Shown here: piece by piece, positions 38,965 through 52,375 of the stretch
Layout: each line of letters begins with the position of its first letter
How positions within the stretch are numbered: position 1 is the first letter of the stretch
NCBI GenBank assembly: GCA_002633005.1
Contig: NMRA01000185.1
Location: 465,921 to 529,920, forward strand
Reading direction: 5' to 3'
Length of the DNA: 64,000 nucleotides
Origin: Phoronis australis
Taxonomy: Eukaryota; Animalia; Phoronida
The notes under the pieces: generated by a model
The model's database searches: none
What the model saw: the letters and a program-made list of their open reading frames with translations, nothing else
What the model was told of the DNA's origin: nothing
Made by a program: the position numbers and the translations under genes

Positions 38965-40621
38965 AGTCGACTGCTGAAGCTTCAACTTCCTTCAGATACC
39001 CAGTGAAGTCCCACAGCGATACATCTGTAGTGGACAAGCTGTATGTTATCTCCCCTTATGCATATTGTCATGAGTTCCTGCATTTGTTGCCTTTTCCGAA
39101 CATTTTAATATGCTACCACCTTTTCACACAGAAACAAATATTTCATATTTGAAACGATTGCATTACTTTTTAGAAAAAGTATTTATTGTGAAAATTGTTC
39201 TTATATACGAAGGTAGTTCAACAGTAATAAAAATATTTCCACAGTCCATTTTACAAAGTGGGTGTACACTTGAATTTTGATTCATGTGTCTGACACTACC
39301 ATCACTGTGATTTTTCACCTGGAGTAAATCAAGTCAAGGTGAACCTAATGTTATGTGGGAGGCGTTTCATAATCCTTCATCCAGATGGTGATGAGCAAAC
39401 AAGACCATTTATCAATTACAACTACGGCAGAACTAGCTAGTAAGCTGAGGCAACTTAACACATTTGAGTGCATTGACTAAGCTGACTGAAATGAGCTTAG
39501 CTATAAATGAGATGAAGCTAATGAAGTGTATTTGCATATAAATACTAAAAATCTGAAAGCCAGCTAAAAACAGGTAAACAACAACAGTGCAAGCTGTGAC
39601 AACACGTCACTTGCATTTCAGTGCTTTGTCCTGACCCAGACAGCTGTGTCTCAATAACAAGATATCTGGGTGGCTGCAAGCCAGCATGTGAACAAAACTA
39701 AACCAGAACAAGTCTAGACTACGAGATAGAATGAGTTTCTGAGTCTGAAGTGGTCCGTAAATGAATTATTTTCTAAATCCTCACATCTGCCTAGTCATTA
39801 CATGTAAACTTTCCAACAAGAATTTTTTTGGGTGCAAACGAAATGCCTCTTCTGATTTTGAACTGGGCAACATCTGGGTATCAAATGTTCATAAGGAACT
39901 GTGTTTAAAGTAACATTTGAACTCAACTTTCATCCAATCAGAAACAGAAACCCAAATGCTTCATTTTTTCCGTGTTGTTCATTCAATTTTGAGTATTTCA
40001 TTGATTGCGTTTCAGTAAATTAAGCACCCGGAGATACGAGTTAGTGATCAATCTAACTGGTGCTGCAAAAATGATTGTTGAGCATTGTTGTTTTTAAGAA
40101 CACAATACCTCGTTTTAGCGTCAATTTTAACAGTGCAAACATAAAAGTGTATGTACACCATTTCTTGTTTGAACACAACACCTCGTATTCAAGCACAATG
40201 GGGATTTTATGCAAGTGATAAATTCAGAAACATTTTGCTGCTTGAGAGCGTAATATTGTACACGTTTTGACAGATGCAAACATTAATTCAAATTTTAAAA
40301 TGCACCATGTAATATTTACTTGGTGGAATTCTTCAAATTCCAACAAGTACATAACATAGACATGTCGTGAGGACTTGACAGGGACCTCAAGGGTCTCACA
40401 CTCCACCGATTTATCCACACTATTTTGAAAACGCTTTGCCCAGTCACAAATTGTGTGTCATAAAAGAGATAAGCATACCTGCAGCTGACGCAGCAAGTAG
40501 AACTACTCTCGTTTATCACATTGGTGTAGACTCACAGTTGAACTGTGGTTTTCTGTTGACCCCAGACTGCCCGGAGTTGCATCATATACCAACTGATGGA
40601 CGGTCTCTCATGACGATTTAG

Positions 40622-42104
40622 CGTTATGTGTTGCTCTGACGTCAAGTTTTTTTGTTTGCACTCTACAGGTTGTACTTTTCGTCCGATTCGCACGAAATAC
40701 GCACACAATGTGTAGATCGGGAAGTACTGGGCGCTTATTGTTTTTGGTCATGATCAGATTCAAAATGGCAGACGTGGTGGCCATTTTGTTTCCAGTTTCT
40801 GATTCAAATGCTCATGGAGGCCGCATTTTTCAATGTACAGGGCTGAAACTTGGTACGATTATTATAGCCCACAAGTACAACAACTGCGCCAATAATCGTT
40901 AACTTCTGGCAAAAGATGGCGGAAATATCAGCAATGGCGCATACGCTGCTCGATATCTGGCCGAAAACATTTTCTCCTTTGGGCGCATTGGAGAACCAAT
41001 CATTTTCAAACTGGTTATGTGTTTGTTGCTTTTAATTGGCTATTATAAAATTTTGTTTAACTGGAAGTCATTTTCAAGATGGCGGTTATGGCGCATTTCA
41101 TCCATTTTCAATCGTTCTGCTGTCGCATTTTAAACGGGAAGAGGAAATGACGTGAATGTGTTTGCATGTGGATTCCTTGAAGTATGCTCTTTCAAAAGTC
41201 TTGCAATAGCGTTTATCTCAGACTTATCGTTTTCGAGTTATTTGATTCTGAATTTCGAAAAATTTATGGAATGTTGCAAAACTGCCAGGTTAGATAGAGT
41301 TTTCAATGGGCTTTCAGAACATATTTTCAATTTTTCGCTAGGACGTATACTTTTTGAATTATTCGAGATTTTCAGATAGCGCTGTTCCTTTGTTGACCGG
41401 TCTTGCTGCACTGGTGTTGGTTTAGCTTCTATCGAACAAGACCATGAAGACATTGTTCATAGAGGCCGCATTTTTTGACGTACAGGGCTGATAATTGGTA
41501 CGATTATTATAGCACACAAGCACTACAACTACCCTGTAAATCGTTAACTTCCGATCAAAGATGGCGAAAATATCGGCAATGGCACATGCACACATCGATA
41601 TCTGGCCGAAAATGTTTTCTCCTGTAGAGGGCGCATTGGCAAACCAATCAGTTTCAAACTCATCACATGCTCGTTTCTTTTGATTGGCTATTACAAAGTT
41701 TTGTTTAATCGGAAGTCACTTTCAAGATGGCGGCTCTGGCGCATTTTCACCCATTTTCAATAGTTCTGTAGTTGCACTTTGAACGGGAAGAGCAAATGAC
41801 GTGAATTTTTGCATGTGGATTCCTTGCAGTATGCTCTTTCAAAATTTTTGCAATAACGTTTTTCTCAGAGTTACCGTTTTCGAGTCATTTGACTTTGAAC
41901 TAAAAAGAAAAACGTAAAATTTCAATTTTTTAAAAAGTTTACGGAATTTTGCAAAACTGACAGGTTAGATAAAGTTTTGAACGGGCTTTCAGAAGATATT
42001 TTTAATTTGAACCTAGGACTTTGTCTACTTTTTGAATGATTCTAAGATTTTCTGAAAACGCTGTTCCTTTGTTGACCGATTTTGCTGTTCCCCAAGTGTC
42101 GCTC
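40622..42104 (+). mobile_element. Helentron/DINE-1-like interspersed element with a 645-bp internal tandem duplication
   Basis: 40813-41457 is repeated at 41458-about 42085. The unit is homologous to 58940-59590 and ends in CCAAGTGTCGCTC like the 59871-59886 terminus. Rich in AAGATGGCGG/GCCATTTTG motifs. Confidence 0.7.
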
Positions 42105-43944
42105 ATTATCTATTTTCATATGGTTGCTGTTAATGGCTTCATACTTGTCTGAAGTCATTCACACTGCACAGGTGTTTTTGTCAGCAGAGACAGCAAGGTA
42201 GATTTGAGAAGACAAATGCTTGGCTGCACTAAATTTCCATGCCACTTTAACCCAGACTAATGTCATCCTCCGATCTGCCAATTAGAGAAGCGCTACACAA
42301 CATCCTTACTAGAAAGGCGGATCTTTGAAGTGACACCATGTGTCATCAATGAAGCATCATAACGAAAACTCAATACTTATAAATGCATGGCTCGCACAAA
42401 TCTCTGATCACACAAGGGTACATTGACCTATGCCACAATGAGCCTGATATTCATCTCAGCAGTCAAAAAATAACTGATTCATATTCATCAATGTCCAGAT
42501 TTTAGGCCACAGAGTACCACTGAAGCTTTTGATATATCTGGATCTTTGCATATCAGAAATAACAGTGACAACATAACTCACATATCTTCAGACTCAAGAA
42601 CACTGAAGGGCAGTTTTCAACAGAACGCTTATTATTATTATTGCTGAATTACAAAAGTATTAGCTAATGTGGCACAATGCCTGAAATTCAATGATCACTT
42701 TTTAATCACAAGCAATGTACGCACGCTTTCAGAAAATTTTCACACCTTCATTCTTATACATCTAAGAGATGCCATCAAAAATGACAGTAGCAATGAAGTT
42801 TGTTGAATATCATGTCTTTTGAGTTAGTAGTTGCCATGGCAATTATAGAAGTTCTGAATATTTCATAAACCAATTGGCAATTTGATGAGGAACACAAGGA
42901 AACAAAATCTACTGTTTGTTTGCCAACGGTAATAACACAGATTGGCAAATAGCAAAGCATAGACACCAAAAGGAAATTCTGCATAATTGGAAAAATTACG
43001 AGAGCAAACAGTTCACAGACAGTTTAATGGACATCATGAGGAACTGCCGACTTCCTGAATGGCTTTTGTTTTATACCCAGAAGGCAATTCTCAGATTGTC
43101 ATTGAAGACTGCAAACATTTGTTTGGACTGAAAAAATGAGTTTCCTAGTCTTAGTTATCATGAACTACATAGCAAAAATTTGGCACCATTTCCATGATTT
43201 CGAAATATGAGTATGTATGAATTTGCTACCATAGAAATGGAAATTCATTGCATCTGACAGAAATAATTTCAATTCATTGCCTCTGACGGAAATAATTTCA
43301 GTAACAACAAGGTGCCATTCTTCACACAGAAACAATGAGAATTGCCTTTTTCCATCAAGCTTTCCAAATTTTCTGCATTGAATCCAAATTACAGTGCTCC
43401 TCCCACTTATAACAATGGGTTTACTTGTTGAGCTGCAGTTAATTACCAACAGATAGCTTATAAGAGAGTGAACAAAACGGACAAAAAGTTAGTAAAATAA
43501 AGTAAATATATACTAGAGGCTGAGGTTGGCCAGTAATGAAATATAGTAAAATATGTATGTCAAGAGTGAAAATTTTAACCATTAGGAGTATAAATATATT
43601 ATCACACCCCATTCTACCACACACACAAAAATCTGTAGCTGAGGCCAAAATGCATAGCTGGTCCTGGTCTGACTTATTTAAAAACGAATTGATTGCTCAC
43701 TTTTTCAAAAAAATCCCCCGAGACGAGCAAAACAAATGCGGGATGTGTTCTTCATGCATCACTTGGCAAATAATGGTCTTTCAAACCTTGCTATATGCCT
43801 CTATGAAGCTCTTCAAAAACAACACTATGCCTGGCTGAAATTGATGCGGGCGGGTGATTTTTTAGTCAATAAGCGCTGGTCTTAAAATGAGTCAGGGTAC
43901 AGACCGAAAACGAACTACATTTGTGTGGGTTCAAAGGGTGGACA

Positions 43945-44434
43945 CAGGCCTTTATCCAGGATTTCGAAAATAGGATGTCCAAAATGGGGTTCCAAATATT
44001 CCAGGGCATCCATGATTCCGATGCGTAACCCTCCCCACCCCCTGCAATCACCCCAAACACACAGATTTTATTACAAAAATGCTTAGACCAAAGTTTTTAC
44101 ATCTAAGTTTACAAAACAGCCTTCTGTAGTGAGCATTTGTACTAAAAAATGTAGACCAAGACTTTTACAATGCTATCAACCAAGTGTGAGCATGGCAACA
44201 TTGTATATACTTTGTATATACATTGTATATTTCTTCCTGTTTTGAAAAAAGAGCCCCACTGTAAGCCTTCAGAGGCTTCCTGGTATTCATTACAATGTGT
44301 AAGTCCAAACTTGAAAGGTTCCTATTGACAGTGGGCTCCAAATGATACATTGGGCGTCCTTGCCAGGGCGTCTGTCCAGATTAGTGCTAGGGCGTCCATT
44401 TGGACACCTAGGACATCCCCTGTATAAAGGCCTG
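43945..44434. mobile_element. hAT MITE, 490 bp
   Basis: TIR CAGGCCTTTATCCAGG / CCTGTATAAAGGCCTG (15/16). 8-bp TSD GGTGGACA/GGTGGAGA. GGGCGTCC/GGATGTCC subterminal repeats. Confidence 0.85.
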
Positions 44435-45165
44435 GGTGGAGAGTAAACTGCTATAAAGTTAGACTAAGTAGTAGTTAATTTGAATTAGTGACATTTAGTG
44501 GAGGTATTATGAGCATAGCTCTACAAAAACTGATGTATATGCTCAATCATCTGACATGATAGGTCAACACCCCCTTTCTTTATTTTACGGTTCATTGGAT
44601 GTCTGGGGCATTGACCATAATGTCATCACATTTTTATCCAGGTAACTGCTCCATAGTGAACCACTATTGTATACACTGATGTGGACAATTGTTAAGAATC
44701 TAAGGAGCAATTTTGTCTGGACCTAGTGAGAAATACTTGGCAAGACAAGCCAGATTAATGACTATTGTCATGGCTGTGCAATAGCAATGCAATTTTTAAA
44801 GTGATTATTAAAATAAAGCTCATTATTAATGACTCTGCACTGTCTGACAGCTTGTTTACGAGACCAGTTATTTTTCACAGCTAAGACAATGGTATGTCAT
44901 AAATGCATTTTGATCTTTTGATGGGGTACCGTGTGAAGCTCTTTTGGATGAGCGACTGTGGGTGAAATGAGAACAGGCAGAAACACTGTACAGTTATTGC
45001 ATGTATACATGTAGTCATGAGACGTCACCACGGTGTTGAACAGGTTTATAAATAAACAAATAAGTCTTCACTACAATTCTTTATTGAGCATTCTCAAAGT
45101 ACACAAACGAGCAACAGTAACAGTACAAATCTAAATAGAATATACAGTTTGAATGTAAAATATAG

Positions 45166-45568
45166 CACAAATTTCAGAGAAAAAAGCTCCAAACAGGATC
45201 TTTTATTTTTCACAGGCTTTCAACATTTTAGCGAATGCCCACAAATTCTCAAATGTTGTATTATGGTAACTACGATAGAGAACTTGAAAATTTCGAAGAA
45301 CCCATTTAGTGCTACATCTTTTTCATGAAAAGCAAAATGATAAAAATTCTGCCTGTAGTGTTGTGCCCAACAGTGGTAAAATTCTCTTTTCTCATTTTTT
45401 CATAAAGGATATACAACACCAGAGTTGTGCCTCCTCATAACTAAATTCTGTATTATGGCCACAAACAGAAATTATTTTCAAAAATTATGAGCATTCGCAA
45501 CAATATTAGAAGCCATTGAAAATTAAAAAGTACAATTTCGGCAATTACTTTTTATCCTAAATTGGTGA
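45166..45568. mobile_element. Decayed foldback element (long imperfect inverted repeat)
   Basis: TTTTCACAGGCTTTCAACATTTTAGCGAATGCCC (about 45207-45240) versus reverse complement of about 45489-45522 TTTTCAATGGCTTCTAATATTGTTGCGAATGCTC. Similarity extends outward about 40 bp. Confidence 0.6.
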
Positions 45569-48392
45569 GATTTTAAAGTAAGCATTTTTTCCCTTTTCAG
45601 CTGACCTCAGTGAAGGCAGTAGAGAGGTTTCTATGACATCCACATTGCAACAACTGAAATGAACTTAAAACATTTGTGCACTTCATACTCCTTAAAGCAT
45701 TATAGTCATTGGTACAACAACAAAAAGGAAGTGGTGTGAATTTGATATTATATCCGTTTCAAGTTCAAGAAGTTTTCAATCTAGTCAACAAAAACAAAAA
45801 ATATTGGAAAAACAATGATTTTTACTTTCACCAATGGCATCCCCTTGTTGGCAAAGTGGAAGAGAATGAAAACGGCACTAGCTGCCATTTGTCAAATACA
45901 CTGTGGTACGGATGTCGCCGAATGAGCAGACAAGTGTCTTACAAAACTTTGAAAAATGACAGCAGCAGATGAAATCCCTCGAATTGTAAATCACATGAAT
46001 ACAATTAAAGCACATTACCCGAGAGGTGTGGAACTGGACAGATGACAGCGCACAGCAACAATTGACAAACACACCGTTTTACATCTCAAATTGACGCAAG
46101 TGTGTGATAGATTAGCCTGTCTAAATATGAATGAACTTATGATTTAGCCATTAAGGATCATGTCTATGTGTTAGGGCAGTCGTCAATGCCTATGCATATC
46201 GGTGCAATGTCAGGTTCACATACCATAACAAAGCGCATATTTCATGATAGCAAAAGATACAAGACAGTTAATGCACTTTTTCATTCAATTGCTCTAGCTA
46301 TATCCATACCCGATGATATTACATTTGATTCAGTTGAACGATAATGACCCCTTGCGTTAACCAAGCTATACAGATGAGCAAACCTCTTAGGAGGTCAAAC
46401 GAATCCCTATGGTAGTTATGAACCAAGACCCAATTTTGAAAAGAAAAAACAAACGTCCTTACAAACCTCTTTAATGCCACATTTTTCAAATTTTGTGCAA
46501 ATTTTCAAAGCCAGAAAAATTGCCAAAAAAAAACAAATGCAAATGAACTTCGGTTTACTACTTTGAAACTTAGTTCAGACAAAAATGGTACACAAAAAGA
46601 AATGCAAGCAGGCAAAGCAACGAGTTCTATCTTTCATGCAAATACCAAACCTATATTTCCACCAATTTATTACTGACTACTAATAAATAAAAGTGCAGAA
46701 GCCCCTTTGGAAGTGAAGAGCAAACAGTCAAACAATGACTCCCCTGGCACCAGCAGATTTTACATGGCTCCCGTTACGAAAACAGGGCACTGAACTTCGT
46801 ATTGCCAATGTGCTCGGAGTTATCTCCCCTAAACCCTGTCTGTCAAGGACCTCATGGGGAATAGTTAATAAGAATAAACTGGGTAAAAAGCTTGTTCATC
46901 GATGGTGGTATCCATTCACTTCATTCAACTTGATTTTTACGCCCCATTTCATGACACCAACACTGTGCCTTTGGCAAAAATATTGCTTATGAGTGCACCG
47001 AATGAAGTTTTCCCGAGGTTATTGTCTTGGCTTCAGCTCTAAGCCAACATCCCAAGTGGTGTGTAGAAATGGATTAAAATTTTGAGCAAAATCATGTTTT
47101 TCCATTATCATAGGTTTAGTCAATTGCTAAAATGTTGAAAGCACTAGGGCTACCAGGAATTTTATGGCGACAGGTGTAAATCAAAAATAATAACAATGAC
47201 AAGTTTTCAACTGAAAACTTTTGATCTGACAAACACACATTCCCCGAAACACTAATAATAGACCCTACTTCTCCATTTTCCAAAAACAAAAAATCCGTTT
47301 TAGCAAACATCAAATGCTGTTTCTTACATATTGTAAATCAAACACATTTTACTATTTCTAAGTGATAAATAGTACATAAGTGCCTTACTTTTTCAGCTGA
47401 ATATTGCCGCAGCTTCACATTACTGATACCTAGCTGCACACCATATTTATCATTTCTTAAAACCCAAAAACACCAGCGCCACCTTCAGAGACAATGAACA
47501 ACCACTTGAACATGTCTACGCTGCAAAACGATCGTCCCTCGATTTGTGGCAAGAATATCTTGAAATCAATGGATAGTATTCTTAATTTGTGGTAATTAAA
47601 AACCAAGAATATTGGAAATAATTATGTTATCTGATACTCAAGTGTGGAAATTTAGTTTCAATATAATTCCATGAAAAAATCTGATTGAACTCTAGTGGCT
47701 ATTTTCTGTTATCACAAGACCCTTTCGTACTAATATCGACACATCCATGTTTTGGGGATCTGTGGTCAGTATGAATGGTTAACTTTGGTCCTGCATCGAA
47801 GATGACATCGCCATTTAACTTTACAGTAACAATCGAAGCGTGGACTCTGCAGTGCGGTTTGAACAGTCAACTTCGGTCTTATCGAATTTATTGCTAGGGG
47901 TCACTGCTATCGTCAACAAACAGCAATGTCATATCTAATATTTGCTAATTTGTTCAAATAACCACCAGCGAAGTTAGAAATAAATTATTTGTCAATTATT
48001 ACATGTAAAAGAAAACTAAGGTCACCACCTCCCATAGGAGAGACCCCCCAAGCTTCCCAGCCTGTCATTCATCATCTCCCTGAATACTACTTCTGACAAG
48101 CAGCAAAGATTGTTATGACAATTAAGAGCTCTAATAATTCCTTTTGAACTGCCCCCAGATCACATTCAGAAAAACAAATCCCATTACATACAAATTGGGG
48201 TATGATACTATTGCATGGGGGAGAAAATTGCAGCTGTCATTTTAGAAAGCCAATTACTGCAGTTGACTGTAAACAAATGTGGGTGAAATCTGTTTTTTTT
48301 TCAGTGTTTGATCCTAAAATGATACATCCAAGAAGGAAGATGACTTTCGGCTATTCATGGTCTCAAAAACAAGAACCAGGAAAAAAGTAAAC

Positions 48393-50330
48393 GAAAGCAC
48401 TTTCACGAGCAAAACTTGTCGAAATCTAACGAAAAACTTAACGGAGTGGTCAACAAGGACACCAAGAACACCCAAAGACCGTGACCTTGACACCCATGAC
48501 ACAAATGAACAGTAAATGATAAACAATAAAAAGTGCAAAAGGAATCTGTCTATAACAGACAGGTCACCAAATCAGAAAATTTCACATATATCCAGATATC
48601 CCTCAGCAAATCTACAGTATTCACATACTAAATTTCAGAAGGTTCTCTCAAAAATAACAGTGGAGCTAGAACTCGGCTACAAGTGATCATTAAAAAATGG
48701 CCACCACAGCAACATACTGCGTCTTAATTACGACAAAAACCATAGAACTCGAGATTTTTCTAAGATGCCCGATGCACGTAAATTTCAAACAAAAATTGCG
48801 ACCTGCAGTACAGTATGATAAACCAGTAAAACTGCAACATGGAATTGGTCAATAAAAACCATCATCTGACCACTAAATCTTCAATATCTCGAGAACAGTA
48901 AGTCAGAGCAAAAAACGGATAGCATAGTGCAGATAGAGCAGGACTGGATTATCTACATACTGCATTTCAGAAAGATCAGTCAAGGGATGCTGGAGACACG
49001 GCACGAAAAATCAGTCATTTAAAGAGCTGTCATAAAAAATATCGAATAAGTTAAGAACAGCAAGTTATTGTCAAAAATGGAAAGCATTCATAAAATAGCT
49101 CTTGAAGAGATCTATAAACATGCCAAATTCCAAAAACTACAGGGACAGCAGAGCCATTGCGGAGATTAATAACTCCGCAACACAAAGAAATCGAAAATGG
49201 CCACTTTAAACAGCACCACCTTGTGTCCAGTTTCATCCCAAAACAATAAACCTCAAGATAGTAATGGAGAACACCTCGTGTGTAAATTTCTTGATGAACA
49301 GGTAAAGCATAATCCACCAATAGTTTGTGAAAAAAGAAACGAAAAAATTATGACAGGGTAAAAAAAGACTTCAGGGGAAAGTTTGCAAAGCAAAAGCCTT
49401 TCATAAAATGCAAATCCATGGTCAAAACGCTGAATCCTGTCAGTGACTTGAATGGTGGGGTATCAGCTGCTTTACACATTCATTGCTTATGTCACATTTT
49501 GAAGAGTTTACATCGTAATTTATCATTATATCAATCGTCCTTATTTTTATTGTTTGCCACAGTGCTGTAAAAGGTTCGCCATGTCTTTTTATATGGCACC
49601 TGGTTGTTCAAACTCTTTGAAAAAGGTGCCTTCTAAAGGGATGATCATCGCATACTATCGCCGGGTTACCCAAGCCTTGGCTGAAAGATGTATACTAAAT
49701 ATAGGTCTACAGCTTTGCCCCAATATGGGTAAAAAATGGACACGTAAAACCTGACTAAAAATTAATGTCATTAAAACTAGTCTCGTCCTTGAGTAATCCT
49801 AGGAACCAGGTTCCTAGTGTAAACTGACTTTGGTATTTACCCGTGTTGGAAAAGTTAGCGATCGTTAATTGGCTGCTGCTAAAATTGTGATGCGTTCTCT
49901 TGAGTCGGCTTTTTGTGCTTACGTCACCAGACTTTTGTTAGTTTCTTTTCCTCCCCCATTCTTTCATCAAGTGTTCTTTGCTGCCGACACCTAGGTTGCC
50001 TACATGAGTCACAACAAATTATCGGAACTTGTTTCATTTCTTTACAAGTTTTTAGAATTTTTATACCAGCAAACCGAATTCTAGAACAAACCTTGGTGCT
50101 GCGAAGCTGTCATCATATCCCGCAAGATGTCTCAAATTTTTAGAAAATAGCGCGTGCGCCGTGTCACGAACATGCTGTTGAATTATTTGTGAAATTAATC
50201 AACAACTCATAGAAAACTATCCAAAATTTATTCAGAATAAAATACAGTTACCTTTTAAAAGTGAAGCTTCGGTACTCACCGAAACTTCGATGTAGTGGAA
50301 ACAGTCAAAGCGAAACTTTGTCGAAGTTAT
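48393..50330 (-). mobile_element. Diverged relative of the Helentron/DINE-1-like family, reverse orientation; far boundary uncertain
   Basis: Reverse complement of 48393-48425 matches the terminus 59868-59900 at 26/33. AAAATGGCCAC motifs near 48694 and 49194. A hairpin AACTTCGA...TCGAAGTT at about 50283-50328 may be the other end. Confidence 0.4.
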
Positions 50331-51314
50331 CAGTAGCTGTCGCGGCAACAACACACAATCACGCAAGACTCTAAAAAGTAAAAGTACCTTTTAGTAGTGC
50401 CAATTAAAGACCTCTTTGCACCACTGGGGGATGACCTGACAATATTTACTTTAAAATTCCATTTTTTAAAAATTAGCTGACATGACCATAGTAAAAAGAT
50501 TGCAAGTGGTCCGATATCTGAACAGCATCCGACATGCGTAGACTAAATAGAGTGGCCCCATAGAATCAGGCTCTGAACATTTTTATTCTTTATTCAAACA
50601 CTGAGTGACAAAAGACAATCACGTAAATTTAAACCTAATAATTCTCCATATCGCATTTTCAAAAACATCAACCATCACTGCAACCAACAAAGAAGTTGAA
50701 ATCTTCTTAATCATAACTCTTTATTTGGATTGCTTAAAGCAGAAAATCGACACCAATCTCTCATAACCTCGGGAATTTAATAGTCTATCTTAGCATTCAG
50801 GATAAAAATTAAGCCTATTACTGTTTAAACAGACTAGAAGACAGAGCTATCATGCCAGCACAGCAATTGGGTGTAGAAACATTGCAGAAATACTGGGGCA
50901 TGCAAATTACAGAAAGTAAACACGGACTGCCCATATCAACTTAAGTCGAGGATTCATGTATTTTTTGTTGATAATCTGCACAAAGGCAACAAAGATTTGA
51001 CATGCAACAATAGGTAAAAAACTAAAACAAATCTCGTATAATTTGTGTTTATCTCAGGTGCATTTTGTTTTTTGAAAAAAGAGGGCAACTAAAGCAATAC
51101 ACCACCAATTCAATTTTCAACAAACCATAAACCAGAACCAATTACTTTTGATCTGACATGGGATCCTCGAAAAATGTCAGCTCCAAATTTGACTATTATT
51201 TCGGAATGTTATATCACAGAAATGGCCGATTGTTTCTAAAACAAACGTTCACATACAACTACTTATTCACTGTTCACCAAAATTCTGTTTGGATCTGTTT
51301 AAATTTTTAACTTT

Positions 51315-52375
51315 TGCAAGAGGAGCTATCAAAAATAGGGACTTTCAAGACTTTTAAGAAAAAAACAAACTTGAATAAAGCAAAAACAAAAGATTACAGG
51401 AAACTGTACCAGTATTTTCTTGTATTTTGTCTTCAAAGTAAATATCAAATGAAATTTGACCGTGTTCCTAATACCCTTGTTGGTTTGCTATGAATGCACC
51501 TTTCAGGTTTGTTGAATTTTATCATAAAGGCAAGGTCACATGACCCAATCCATATGGCAGATTGGTATAAATTAAAAAAAATCCAAATTTACAAGCATTC
51601 TTGTTTATACAGTTAATTTTTATACTTTTTAGATATTTGACTAAATGCATCCAGACTTGCTGATATGATCCTAGACAGTGTTTCAGCTGCCTGAGGCATG
51701 AATGTCATAACACCAGAACAAACTATAACACCAGGGATATGGAAATCCTTCATCACTCATCCTCATATGACTACTTCTGACCAGTTGCCAGACAAACTGC
51801 GCATAGCAATTTATTTTGAGATCAGCTGTTTACAAAGAACTAGGTTTAAAAGTTGTAATTAGAAGCAACACTCATATCATTGTGACCAGTCACATGATTT
51901 TGAACAAGCCACCAGCATTTCATAAGAACTTCTGGGGTTCTTCAATAGCTACATAGGGATAAACATATGGTTAATGTATGGTTATGCAAGACCTCATCCA
52001 CATTGGTGTGTGTATTTAGCCAAGTATCTTCAAAATTATAGATTTTAACTTGGTCAAAGATAGTATCTTTGACTTGGTAAAAGTATATGCTGGAAGTTGA
52101 AAGCATGCAGAATTTGATTTTTGACTTGATACCAATCTACCATCAATTGGGTCACATAACCTTGTCTAAATTTAGAAAAAATTAACAAGAAAGAAAAGCG
52201 CATTCACAGGAAAACAGTAATCAAGAAGAGGGGAATATTTTGCAGGATACAAATGTTTAAAATAAAATCTCAAAAACGCTGTTAGTTTTCTTAGGAATCA
52301 TTTCTTTCCTGCTTTGGGCAAACTTTTAGGATTTTTTCACCCAAATCATCAGACTTATTTTTGATAGCAACTCAC
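51315..52375. mobile_element. About 1.1-kb foldback element with long diverged inverted arms
   Basis: Paired blocks: GCTATCAAAAATA (about 51325) / TATTTTTGATAGC (about 52356); CAAGGTCACATGACCCAAT..ATGGCAGATTGGTAT (51531-51567) / ATACCAATCTACCATCAATTGGGTCACATAACCTTG (52129-52164); AGATATTTGACTAAAT / ATTTAGCCAAGTATCT. May end at CCTTAA near 52444 (Kolobok-like). Confidence 0.7.
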
